Shown piece after piece: positions 1 to 18,883 of a DNA stretch of 64,000 nucleotides; the first letter of the stretch is position 1; each line of letters starts with the position of its first letter. The notes beneath the pieces were generated by a model that ran no database searches, was not told where the DNA came from, and worked only from the letters and a program-made list of their open reading frames with translations. Location: NCBI GenBank assembly GCA_037447605.1, contig CM074808.1:434001-498000 (forward strand), given 5' to 3'. The position numbers were made by a program, and so were the translations under genes. Source of the DNA: Zygnema circumcarinatum SAG 698-1b (taxonomy: Eukaryota; Plantae; Zygnematophyceae).

Positions 1-991
1 AATTTGTGATTGGTCTAAGATCTCAATGTACGAAATTTTGGGTTCCTCAGGTTGCGACCGTATGACATTTGTACGGACAAACTTTTGAGAGGACTTTGGC
101 GGGATACGTGGACACGTGCCATGCGCTGTGACCGAGCCCGGCTGCCGATCAAATATTGATCTGTCGTGTTGGGATCTGCGAGGGAATCGACGGCTGCGAT
201 TGACCGCACGCGTGAAAAAAAATTCAGGTAGGCGGGATATTCAAAATAGGGTGACGGGTTATTATTTTCCTTGTTTCGCAGAAATAAAATCTGCCGATGG
301 AGGGTGGTATCGATTCCAAAAAGGTGTGAAAAAAGCATTTTCCGTTTTTAATCCTTTTTGAAATCTGCCCGGCCGGGAAGGGGTGTTTGGATCCAAAAAA
401 GGGGTGGAAATATCACTACCCTTTTACATTTTCCAGTTTCCAATTTCAGAGTTTCCAGTCTAGTTCCGGTTCAGTTTTCCGCAGCGAACTAAAGAGGAAA
501 TACCGTAAATTTCTTTTTGGAGGGAAATGGCGAAATTCGAAAAGTTCAAAGTGTGGGATTTTGCTTGTTTGCAGCACTGGTTGGAGGAAGGGGCCGCCCC
601 TCTTCACCATGAAGCCGGAGCTCCTTGGCTGCTGCTGCTGCTGCTTTGGATAAAAGGAAAGAAGGCGCCTATCTATGTATTTGCCTATGCAGCTTTTGCG
701 GAAGCTTAGTGTCCAGCGCTGGCCGCACTTATTTTAAGCTGCTTGGCGAGTTGTTTTGCCATCTCATTGCAAGCCCATCTGTAAACTGCTGCTGCTGGCA
801 GTTTATTTCTTTATTTCTTCAGGGAGAGGCAGAGGGAATCTTGGTCTAGAAACTCGGGCTACTGCAATCAGTCAGAGCATGTTTCGTTTGCATGGTTCGT
901 TGCTGGCGGAACATTGCAGGCTGTAATCGCCTGATTGCTCGGCACTTGTAGCTGAAGATTTCAGCATTAGTAGAGGAGGGCTTGTTGTTTG

Positions 992-3900
992 ATGGCTCTC
1001 GGTGTCGTCTGTGCGAGATGCGGGGAAGGGCGACTGCAGTGGGTAGAGCTCTCAGATATGGGAGAAGGACAGTACTTTTGCGAGTTTTGGAAGAAGCATG
1101 AGCCAGGAGAGCAGTGCGCGGTTCCAGTTACGGAAGAGGAGTACAGGGAACTTGCGGAAGAGGCGAGAGAGGCGCGTTCAACGCAGCCTGCTCTGCTGAA
1201 CAAGGGAGCTACGGCGACCTTGGCAGGTCCATCCAAGGCAGCAAATGTTGCTGCGCTACAAAGGTTCGCACACTAAAGAATTTTTGCTCAGAAAGCACAC
1301 GCAGGACGTCAAAATGCAAAAACAAGCTACACGATCGAGTAAAGGATGGCTTTCATTAGATTTTCTTGCTCAACTTGTGTTAAGTACGTACCTGCAGAAA
1401 AAAAAAACCTTTACTTCAAAATATTGATTCGCACTTAATCGAATCGAATAGTCGAATTATATCCAACTGATATTCATACGAATGCGTACATGGTACTTAC
1501 TGCACTCTCGGAAAAAAATTATGGTAGTACATACTATCTGCTCAAAATCCTTTTCCACAATCTTGGCCAAGGGCCCAATAAACTTAACAGAGATGTTCAG
1601 TAGGCGAGCGGATGTTGTAAAATTTTGAGTCTCCTTTTTATCATTCTTCCTTTTTAATCTTAAAAATCGCGTGCTCTGCGTCGAACTGAGCACTGACAGA
1701 AATCGTGAGTTCGGAAAACAAGGTGTGAGCACCAATACTTGTATTTATACTAATACTACACCAACGAGATGGTCGGCAACCTTTGCTTTGGTAGTGCAAT
1801 TTACGTGACAAGTAGACTGACTAGTATCTTGTACAACATGAGGATGTGAACCTTATTGTGAGTCGAGATTCTCCTAAGCTGAGGCCCATATAATGTCCAT
1901 CAGATTTATGTGAATGCAAACTTACATTGGCAGGCAGTGCTGTGTAATTTTGTATGCAGTGGACAGCTGGTGGTGAAAAGGCAGTCGTTACTTCCCAAGG
2001 TCCTTTCGGTATCTGATGAAGCGGCGGTAGTTAAGAAACCGTTCAAATCTCCATTACCAGGAACCTCGTCTTCAGGGAGCCAAGAATTGTTGCGTCGTCT
2101 AAGCGCAAGCAGGAGATTTGTTCCGTGGGGAAGCAAAGAGCCCTTCAAACCTCTCCAAGGCAATGAGTGTGACGAGCCTGAGGTTGCAAAAGTGGATGAG
2201 AAAGCTGAATCTACGGAGCTGCCTCCGGGGGTGGAGCCGTTGGTTTTATGGCAGCCGGAAGATGATCCAAAACATGCATCGCCAGCTTCGAGACCGATTA
2301 TTGTTGATCCACACCTGACCAAGTTCCTCAGACCTCATCAAAGGTGGATGCTTCACAAGCATGTGTATAGCATGATTGGATTGTTTGTTCCATGGCGTGA
2401 CCAAGAGTGATGCATATCGAAGCTCTTCCACCTTTCCGAGTGTGTTTGAAGCTTTTTGAATCTGATTGTTCAGTTTGATGGAACTTCAACAAGGTGGTTG
2501 GTCGTAGGGAGGGAGTGCAGTTCGTGTTTGAATGCGTGGCTGGGCTTCGTGACTTCAGCAACAATAATGAAAACGGCCGGATCAATCTTGGCTGCATTTT
2601 GGCTGACGACATGGGGTAAGTCAACAGCAAAATTTGATGATGCACAGATGCATGCTGTATGCAATGTTTTAACTTTTGTCAACTATACCGTTTGCACGTC
2701 CTCATCAGCAGAAATATTTTTTCAGTGACCGATGTCTTTTGTTTTGTTTCTGATGCTCACGATGCTTAAGAAGCCGGCTTGCATGAGGATCTTGCATTTC
2801 GTATCCACTTCTAACGTACCTTCTTTCCTTCATGTTTGCGTTACCCAGACTTGGGAAGACTCTTCAGTCAATAACGCTCCTGTGGACTGTCTTGCAACAA
2901 GGCTTCAATGGTGCTCCTATGGCGAAGAGGGCTATCGTAGTTACACCGACAAGTTTAGTGAGCAATTGGGAGGCAGAAATAAAGAAGTGGCTGGAGAATC
3001 GCGTGAAGGTGTTAGCACTCTGCGAGACATCCAGGGCAGATGTGATGGCTGGGATTACGAACTTTGTGTCACCAAGGGGCCAATACAGGGTAAGTTTTTA
3101 GCGTTAACCGCTGTATAAAGATTCTCATATTGTCGATCTCTGGCCAGCTTAGGTGTTAATGGCTACTTTGATTGGCACCTTCAACATTACCTCCTGTTTA
3201 CAAGGTAGGAGGTAGTCCAAGGTAGACCGCGGTAGACCAAGGTAGGCCAAGGTCCAAGGTAGAACTTCATATGTGTCTCTTTGCGGAGTTGTGAATCAGG
3301 TTACATAAGCCTGTTGGAAACTGTTGCATTTGGAACCCTGATGCAACTTTCAGCAGAGCAGGGTGCAGTGAGTGTCAAAGTTCCCCTTCAATGATTTTCT
3401 CGTTCAGCGCTGGTTGCATCATCATCTCATCGAGACTTGCCATTATCCCTTGCAGGTCTTGATCATATCCTACGAGACTTTCAGGCTTCATGCGTCTCGG
3501 CTGCAGCAGCCGGGTTGCTGTGATCTCCTCATTTGTGACGAGGCCCACAGGCTCAAAAATGATAAAACCTTGACCAATCAGGTGAGGCATGTCCGATGCT
3601 GGTGCACTAATGCAGTAAAGTGTTTCTGGAGTAAAGTTACATTGAAAGAGTTATTTGCCTCGTGACTCGGGTACTGACGGGGTAACAGTCAGTCGGGAAA
3701 GTCACCCTTGGAATGGTTCAGATTGATCAGCCTGTTGAACTGACCTGTAGTCTTATCAACAGGCTTTCAGTCGCAAGTTCTCTCATGGCGGTTCTGTCCA
3801 TTAGTCACTCACTGTTCGTTCACCTCCAGTCCAGTCAACAATTGCTAGCTTATCTGGATCATAACTAGGTTTTGTAGCGAGTTTTCTGTTTTAGTTTTTC

Positions 3901-6900
3901 TAATGGTTAAGACTGAAGAGTTTGGCATTAAGCAGATTTGGAAATATTTTGGGCTTTGATAGTTATGGAAGAGTAGGTTTAATGCAGGGACTTTGTACTA
4001 CATGAATTGATGAAAGTTGCAACCATTTTGGAAGAGGATAATGATCTTTGGGGTTCACTGCATGCAGGCACTTGCAGCACTTTCATGCAGGAGGCGAGTG
4101 CTACTTTCAGGCACCCCCATGCAGGTAACTTGGGAAAATCATTTCTACTATTGCCCTCAGTTTGCTAGTCAATGCTTACTTCTACTGTAACATTTTTTAT
4201 AATGGATTCAACTTATGAGCTAGTACCGCTCTGATCTCTTTCCTGTTTGAAGATTTTTTGTCAAGAAAAGGTTACATGTGAAGGATGTGATGGTTTGCCT
4301 CATGTGTGTTACTACTGTGTGTTCTCTTGTACACTTCCTTACTGCTATACTTTAAACAACTGTCGTTTTGTTTTTATGGTTGAAAATCATGTGCAAACAT
4401 GTTTTGGTGTTTACTTTCTTGTGTGTCCTCATGAAAATGCAGAATGATCTAGAGGAGTTTTACTCGATGGTCAATTTCACCAATCCAGGGATATTGGGGG
4501 ATGCAACGGCTTTTCGACGTTACTTTGAGGTGTGAAAGTTTTGTTGGCGAGATCTTTTTGATCCTTATTATCCTGTGTACTAGTTATGGTCACAAAGGAA
4601 CCATCCTTTTAAATGAATCTGATTCAGTCTGTGCAGAAGAATACAGACTGATTATTCCATTTGTGATTGTCTAGATTGCTTATTTTGTTGCGTAAAGGAA
4701 ATATTGGAGTTACAAGTCCACTCTGACTTTTTCATTTTTTTCTGCTGCATCTGCAGAACCCCATTCTCGCCGGTCGCGAGCCTGACGCAACAGATGAAGA
4801 GCGAACTCTTTGCTCTGAACGGTCCAATGAGCTCAGTGAAAAAGTCAATCAGGTAAATTTCTCTTTCAAAACATTGGTTTGTTTTGCTGCATGGCTCTCA
4901 AGTGAGCTTTCTCCTGCAACATTGTGTGACTATCAGACTAGATAAGCACACTGACACAATCCATTCTCTTTGCAGTTCATCTTAAGACGAACAAATGCTC
5001 TTCTCTCAAATCATCTTCCGCCAAAGGTGAGAGAACTATTGTCTCGTGCTTGTTTCATACGGGGGTCTCATTTTTCTACACTCTGGCCAATGGATAATGC
5101 ATGTTACGTAGTCCTGTCCTTAACGCTGGGAACTGCTCACCAAGTTCGGACAGGGCGACTTTCTGAAATAACACTTCGATCCCGTCAAGTAGTTCAGGTT
5201 CTGCAAATGATACCGCTGAATGTCGTGTCTTCTTTTTCGTACAAGATTTCCTTTTTCCTTTTGGACATCGTAATCCTACATATTTCCTTCTAAAGCCTAA
5301 GTCATGGATTTGTATGGATTGCTTGACAGGTTGTTGAAGTTGTCTGCTGCAACCTCACGGAACTGCAGCTCAAGATTTACCGCCATTTTATCGAATCGAA
5401 GAAGGTATGGCACGATACAGGGAATCCCCTTCGGACATTCAGACACTATTTTAGTTGTTTTTGACTGCTAAATCACATGCCATCCATCAATGACATGTTG
5501 TGTTTGTTATTCTCAACACTCATGACTCACAAACTGTTGCTATGCATATTTGAACGTATTGCTTTCTGAAAAAGTTCAGGACTTCAAGAAACATGTTTCC
5601 TATGGCGCTAGATATATATGTCGAGACCTTGCGTGGTGTTCATACCGTTGACTTTTGTGAATTGATATGACGAACATGGCAGGTGAAAACTGTCCTTGAG
5701 GATGTGGCCAGGCGATCCCAAGTATTGGCTTCCATCACTGCTCTGAAGAAGCTCTGTAATCATCCGAAGGTTTGAGATTACACCTGTCTAGTTAAACTTG
5801 TCATTGGCATGCAGCATTGCTGTTACAACCTGAATTTCTGTTTTTTTTTTATCTGTCTGTACCCTTTTGTTTGGTTAATCATTGGATTCTCTTGCACTCA
5901 GTGACTTTGAGAACGTAGTGTTGACCTGTTACTTGAGTTTGGATTAAGATGTAGGTAGCAAAAAAATTGTTATGTTTGTCTGAGTGCGGTTTGTTATTCC
6001 TCTCTTTGTATTTTGCACAGCTGATCTTTGACACCTTGAAGGCGGGCTCTGCGGAAGCCGGTGGATTTGAGGGTTGCATGGACCTGTTTCCATCGGCAGT
6101 ATTATCTAGTAGGTAAGAACATGAATTTCAGTCACTCTTGTTGGAGTCTTACCTTAGGGCATGTTTGTGACGTACAGGAAAAAGCAATCTGACTTCTTAT
6201 ATGATGTGATGCTGGCCCTTGTTTCTGACACGTGTTGAAATCAAAGCACACGCGCACACTTTATGGAAGTTTCTAAAGTGAATGAGTCTCCACAAGTTCC
6301 CGGGGCCCTTTTCTCGCTTAACTTCAAGGCTTCTTTCTTTCTCGCCCTTTCCGCTTTCAGAAACGGCAGCTGGACAGGGGGCGATGGTTTTTGGGTTCAA
6401 CTTTCCGGCAAAATGAGCGTTTTGGCACGATTGCTGGCCCTTCTTCGGAAAACGACAGACGACCGTATTGTCCTAGTTTCGAACTATACACAAGTACATT
6501 ATTCCCCTCATGCCTTCCTCATGTAAATGAAAAATGTAATGAATACAGTGTTGACCTGTTTGCTATTGGCAGACAATGCCGGATGTAGGGACCTTCGTTT
6601 GGTTGTCGTTTGTTCCCAAATGCATGCATCTGTGTTTGAAGCAGACAGAGAAATTGTGGTCAGGCTCTACATCCTTTCAACTATTGAAATGGATGACAAT
6701 GAACGATAACAAATTGACGATCATTAATTAGTGCTCCTTTGTTGCTGTTTACGGCGGGCATTTTCACGAGCAGCTCCATTTTTAGCCTCCCTGAGTTCAT
6801 GTTTTTTGGGACGGATTGTCAGTCCAGTGCTGTGCTGACATTGTTCGTTATATGCAGACTTTGGATTTGTTTGCTCAGCTGTGCCGGGAACGGAGCTATC

Positions 6901-9900
6901 CCCACATCAGGCTTGATGGCAGCACAGGGATCAGCAAACGACAAAAGCTGGTCCAGCGCTTCAATGATCCCACTCAGGTACGACAAGAGACTGCTTCCCC
7001 CACTCCCTGTGATTCCCACATGCACCTGCTTCTATAGTTTTCCAAGCACTCTTCTTAGCGAGCGATTTAGTATTGTATTGGAACATCCCTCTTCTAATGC
7101 GGTCTGGCAGCATATCTCTTAACAAGGCCCATGACTGGGGGCTGCTGTAAGGAGAGTTTGGATCAGGGATCAGAATCTATTGTTTAAATCTTGTTGCTCT
7201 CTGTGTTGCTGCTGGAAATGCAGGATGAATTTGTATTTCTTCTCAGCAGTAAAGCAGGAGGATGCGGTCTTAATCTGATCGGGGGAAACCGACTGATTCT
7301 GTTTGATCCAGATTGGAATCCAGCTAATGACAAACAAGTGAGAGTCTGTTTCTGTCTATTTTCTATCTCGGTGGTCCCTCAAAACATAACTGACAGAGGC
7401 CGCAAAGAATAATCTTGCATGAAAGAGCATTGACGAGTTACTTGATGTGCCGCAAATTAAGGAAATGAGTTTGCTATGAGTGATGCCAACTTCTTACTGG
7501 TGATTCAAAATTGAATTCCAAGTTTCCTTGGGCAGTAGATGCCCTTTATTTGTGTTTATCCACTCGACTTCGTACTCTAAGGGTTTCATGCCTTCCATTG
7601 CAGGCTGCCGCTAGAATTTGGCGTGATGGACAGAAGAAGAGGGTGTACATTTATAGGTTTTTATCGACAGGAACAATTGAAGAAAAGGTATAACTCCGCC
7701 TGTAGCTGTTGTGTTTTTTGCACTATTGTATGTATTTCTTGAAATGTGATGAGTGTTTGTTTTCACCAAGTTCTATGTTCCGTGAAGCTCTTGTCACCCG
7801 TGGATGTTTCCACCATTTTTTTGCTCGTATATTTTGACAGGTATATCAGCGTCAGATGTCAAAAGAGGGCTTGCAGAAAGTCGTGGACAGTGAGAAAGCA
7901 CCCGAGGGCAAAGCACAGGTACATGCTTTCTTCCAATAGCTATTGCGTATTGAGTCCAATGTTTGGCTGCTGTTTAAGAAGACAGTTCCTTGGCCATCAT
8001 GTGGTCACATTTTCTACATGTGGCAATCAATATGGAGCAACCGTTGCACTCTCATTCTCCACAATAATGTTTTTGGCTATGCTAATTCGTAAACTAAATA
8101 ATTGCACGGGCGATGACGATGATTCAATATTTCTTTTATGTTTTATCTGAATATTGAATGCCTTGTATGTGATCTCATTCAGCAACCTCTTATTTTCTCT
8201 CTACTGTGCTGGTTCAGGTGAACCTTTTGTCGTCTGAAGACCTGAGAGATCTCTTCACCCTGAGAGACGAGACAGGGTAAATCATGCACCTCTGAGACTC
8301 AAGTATGCCTGAAATTGTCAAAGTAGCATGTTGAATTTGGCAGGCTGTCAGCGGTTGGATTCGCTTTATGTCTTTGGATGCCAACTCTCGAAACTTGCCA
8401 GTTCTGTTTTTCTGCAGTCAAGCTTTACCTGTATGAAAGGTGTGAGTGACCATGGGAAAAAGGGAGGGAGGTTGGGAGAGAGAGAGAGAATGGGGAGTCG
8501 GGGGGGTCCTAGAGAGAGTTATGAAGGTTGCCGCTATGTGTTCCAAGGCAATGGCTTGAAGCAAACTCTAGGAATCTATGGAAATGCATTGATTGTATCT
8601 TACATGCATACTTTCGGCAGTTACCGTTGTGTGTATGTTATTTTTGGAGTTTGTGGTGTAATGTAGTCTGTTCTACCGTGTCAATGAGAGATGACGATAG
8701 GACTTTGACAATCGATCACAATACAGCAAGTTCCAATGGTGGGGCACTCGTTTAAAGCTGATGAGGCGTATCATCTATTGGCAGCAGTAGGACATTTCAT
8801 GAGCCGTTATTGGACCTTACTGTGGCCAGTCAACTAGTTTGCCTTCCATATGCAAAACCTAAAAAGCTACATTAGCAGGTATACTCAATGTGTGCAAACA
8901 TGGTGTACGGGTTGACGAGTAGCTGCTTTATCTTGCAGATCAGACACCCACGACTCCCTATCGTGCAAGAGATGCCCATCTGCAGATGCTGCCATGCCTA
9001 AGCCGGAGGGAAGTATGGAACAGCTGTTACATGCTGCAGCAACTGTTGAAAAGGTGGAGTTACCCACGGCTGGAGATGGTGATGTCGGTGAACTGCCACA
9101 GGATATTGGGAAGTTTCAGGAAATGGCTGGAGTGCTGAAGAAGCTGCATCACTGGCAAAGACAGGTTGGAATCTGAAGCTATTCCTCCTTTTGCACCTCG
9201 TTGTCCTGCATACTTCTTGTACTTTTGCCTTCCTGGAAGACTTTATTGAGAAGTAATTCTATTCTCTCTAAAAACCCTAAAAACCCTTAAACCTTAAAAC
9301 CTTAAAAACCCTACGCTCTTTAAACAATCATGGCTGGCTTGGAGCCAGGTTGGAACCCCATTGGAGGAAGACCTGCAAAACTGGGGTCATCATAGAGACA
9401 GCAGCACTGTACCTGATTCCATTATGCAGCAGGCAGGGGCCGGGGAGGTGAGTTCAGTGCGGCTTTTGACAAGCAAACCTCTTTGGGGATTGTAGGACTC
9501 TTAAACATTTAAGTACTTATTTTTAAATGTACTATTTCTCTGCAGACTTTTTGCCCCTTCCTGCATTGTTTCAGGAAGTGCATACGCATTCTGCAATTTG
9601 AATGTTCTTGTCAGCTACCTTGCCGGGTCTTATCCTTGGCTCCAATGACCTGGATTAGTTCTCGTGTATCAGAGTGTGTGTACATGTTTACAGCAGCAGT
9701 TAGTTTCAGTGTATCAGTGAACAGCAAATTGAACTAATCACGTCCGCTTCCAGTCCGGTGCAGTTCTTCAGTGCTAGGTCTGTGCTCTGCTGCAGAAACT
9801 AAATGTTTTTCTTGGTATTGTTATGCTTTATTCCATCTGATTATTAGACAAATTGCTGGCCACAGGTCTCGTTCATTTTCAGCTGCCAAATCGATGGAAA

Positions 9901-10876
9901 GCTTACTCCACAGGAGCCCAATGCACCCTCAGGTCTTCAGCGCTTAACTTCTCGCTCTCCTCTCCACTCAAACTACAGAGGGAACACGATCTCTATCAAT
10001 AAACCCTTGGTACGAATGGTTGGACCTTTCCTGGCTAACCGACCCTCCCAACCGACCGGAATAAGGGCTCCCGGACTGCAGTCTACACAGTTCACAAACT
10101 TAGGCACCCAAGTAAGAGGACTTCCCACAGGTTGTATAGAAGCTGCTCCTCCGCCGACTGTAAGAGAACTGAGCACAGGAGAGAGGCAGAATATTGAAGC
10201 GGCTGCAAGAATAGAGACTATGGCTGACAGCGCGGTTCTTGGAGAAGACGAGAATGAGAAAGGCGGCACTCAGACGGGAAAAGGCAAACGAAAGAGGGGA
10301 CGACCTAAAAAGACTGCTGTTTCATCAACTCCGAAGGCAACCCCTCTTGCAGCAAGACGTGCTTTAAGCTCCCAGCTTCTCCCTGCCTCTACGAGCCCGT
10401 TGTCTTCAGTAACTTATTGTACTGACGTTGCCACGGAGAAAGAAGGGATTACTACTCCGAAAAATTCTGGGCCTCGACCCTCGTCAGGGGGGCTCGCTAC
10501 GGAACACAGCACTACTGCTCCGCTGCAGCTAGAATCACCCTGTAAGCGTCAAGTGTCCTCTTCTAATGATGGCTCCTCTACCGCTGCATCAAGTGCAGCT
10601 TCAGGAATGATGGCTGAAGGAGAAATGCCCATGGTGGTGCCCATAGCAAATGTGAGCACACTTCATTCCAATGCCCCTGATCATGTACACGCCGTGGGGG
10701 AACCCCCCACAAGGCAACGCTTGCAGCCCGAAAGGACGGCTCCCCCCAGAAAGTCAAAAAAGTCGACCAAGTCAGGTGACTCAGAGTCGGAAAGTGCGGG
10801 AGAGGAATTCAGTGCTGAGAGCGAAGACTCGTATCGGGCCGGCAGCGGCAGTGAGGACGATGAGGAGTTCTTTTAG
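992..10876 (+). CDS. RAD54: RAD54 (SNF2-family DNA translocase, CHR25-like), ~21 exons, all GT-AG
   Basis: Spliced exons give [45 protein letters not shown] (Walker A), CDEAHRLKN (Walker B), [44 protein letters not shown] and [13 protein letters not shown]. Exon 1 is 992-1263, exon 2 starts at 1960, last exon 9866-10876. Phases agree at the junctions checked. Confidence 0.95.
3202..3262. repeat. Short intronic tandem repeat, ~10-bp unit CCAAGGTAGN
   Basis: caaggtagg/ccaaggtaga/ccgcggtaga/ccaaggtagg/ccaaggt/ccaaggtag seen directly in a RAD54 intron. Confidence 0.7.
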
Positions 10877-11724
10877 GCCTGAGGAGTGAAGCTTTGTCCA
10901 GGAATCAGCACGCGTGGTTTATTGTTTGTCCAGTTTATTGCCTGAGAGAAGTCCACACTCGTGTTATTCTACCTTTTCCCTTTTTCCCTTTTTAGGTCGG
11001 TTGGTCTGACTGTCTGTCGGCCGGTCGGTCATCACTTGTGTATACTGTGTCATAAGCAGCTAGCTTGTCCATGAGACGGAGCCACTCTCGTTATGTGCAA
11101 AAGCGTAGCCCTTTCTAACTGCGTTCTGCTGACTGAGTGCTGATTTTACCATTTGGTCAAGAGTGCTCTGTTGATGCTGTTACGCTTCCTCTCTCAAGTA
11201 GTTGGACACCATCATCGTCATGTAGTCGGCCACCATCCTCATGCAATCCCCACCCCTCCAATTATGCACATGCAGGCGAAGCACAGAGAACAGATCCGTA
11301 CACATCAAATACAACTACGACATGTACAGAATTTACATTACAGAGTGTTAAAAATCCACCTGGATTATAAAACTTATGTGAGAAGCACATGAGTGAGACG
11401 GGGGGGGGATTTACATTAGGCCTAACATCTACTTCCTGGAATTGCGTTGAAGTTGAACTCGCATTGGCTAAGAAACCTCTTTCGAAGGTTATGATAATGC
11501 GGTTCTCTCCGCTTATTGGCTGAAGCATGCCATGCCATCATGCCTTATGCTATCCTGCTACATCCTATCCTGCTACACACTCCGATCCTATCCTATCCTA
11601 TCATATGCTATGATGTCATCACGCCCCTTGCTGCCTCGTGCCAATTGACGATTGCGCCATTTTTAGCACACGCCCAATTCACGTACGCGTCGTTTCATTT
11701 CTTGCCCCCAATCGGAAGCGCATT

Positions 11725-18385
<6,661 letters not shown>

Positions 18386-18403
18386 CTGCGCGTGCTCTGT
18401 GAG

Positions 18404-18767
18404 GTTTAGGGTTTAAGGGTTAGGGGTTGGCGTTAGGCGTTAGGGGTTAGGGGTTGCGGTTTAGGGTTTAGGGGTTTAGGGTTTGCGGCCTCTCTTGATG
18501 CCTTCTTGTCTCAAGCTCGTCTGCTCTTTTTTCAGAGTTGAGGGGTTTAGGGTTTTAGAGTTTCAGGGGTTAAGAGTTTTAAGGTTTTAGGGTTTTAGGG
18601 TTTGAAGGGTTTAGGGGTTTAGGAGTTTAGGGGTTAAGGGTTTAGGGTTTAGGGTTTAGGGTTTAGGGTTTAGGGTTTAGGGTTTAGGGTTTAGGGTTTA
18701 GGGTTTAGGGTTTAGGGGTTTTTAGGGGTTCAGGGTTTTAGGGTTTGAGGGGTTTAGGGGTTTAGGT
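18404..18767 (+). repeat. Interstitial telomeric repeat array (TTTAGGG)n, 11 perfect units at 18641-18717 with degenerate flanks
   Basis: Read directly; Arabidopsis-type telomere heptamer. Confidence 0.95.
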
Positions 18768-18883
18768 TGAAAATGTGAATGATGATGTGAGCCGCTAACT
18801 ATTGGGTTCATAACTAACTAACTACCGAGCAGCTTAGCTCACTGATTGACTGACTGACTGACTTAACTGCAAAGCCGCGTTCC

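Noticed and set aside
609-653. uORF MKPELLGCCCCCFG upstream of RAD54
   Set aside because: The Cys run is a (CTG)n microsatellite, and there is no evidence it lies in the transcript.
18641-18717. True chromosome end
   Set aside because: Intact genes lie on both sides and the array decays at both edges, so it is interstitial.
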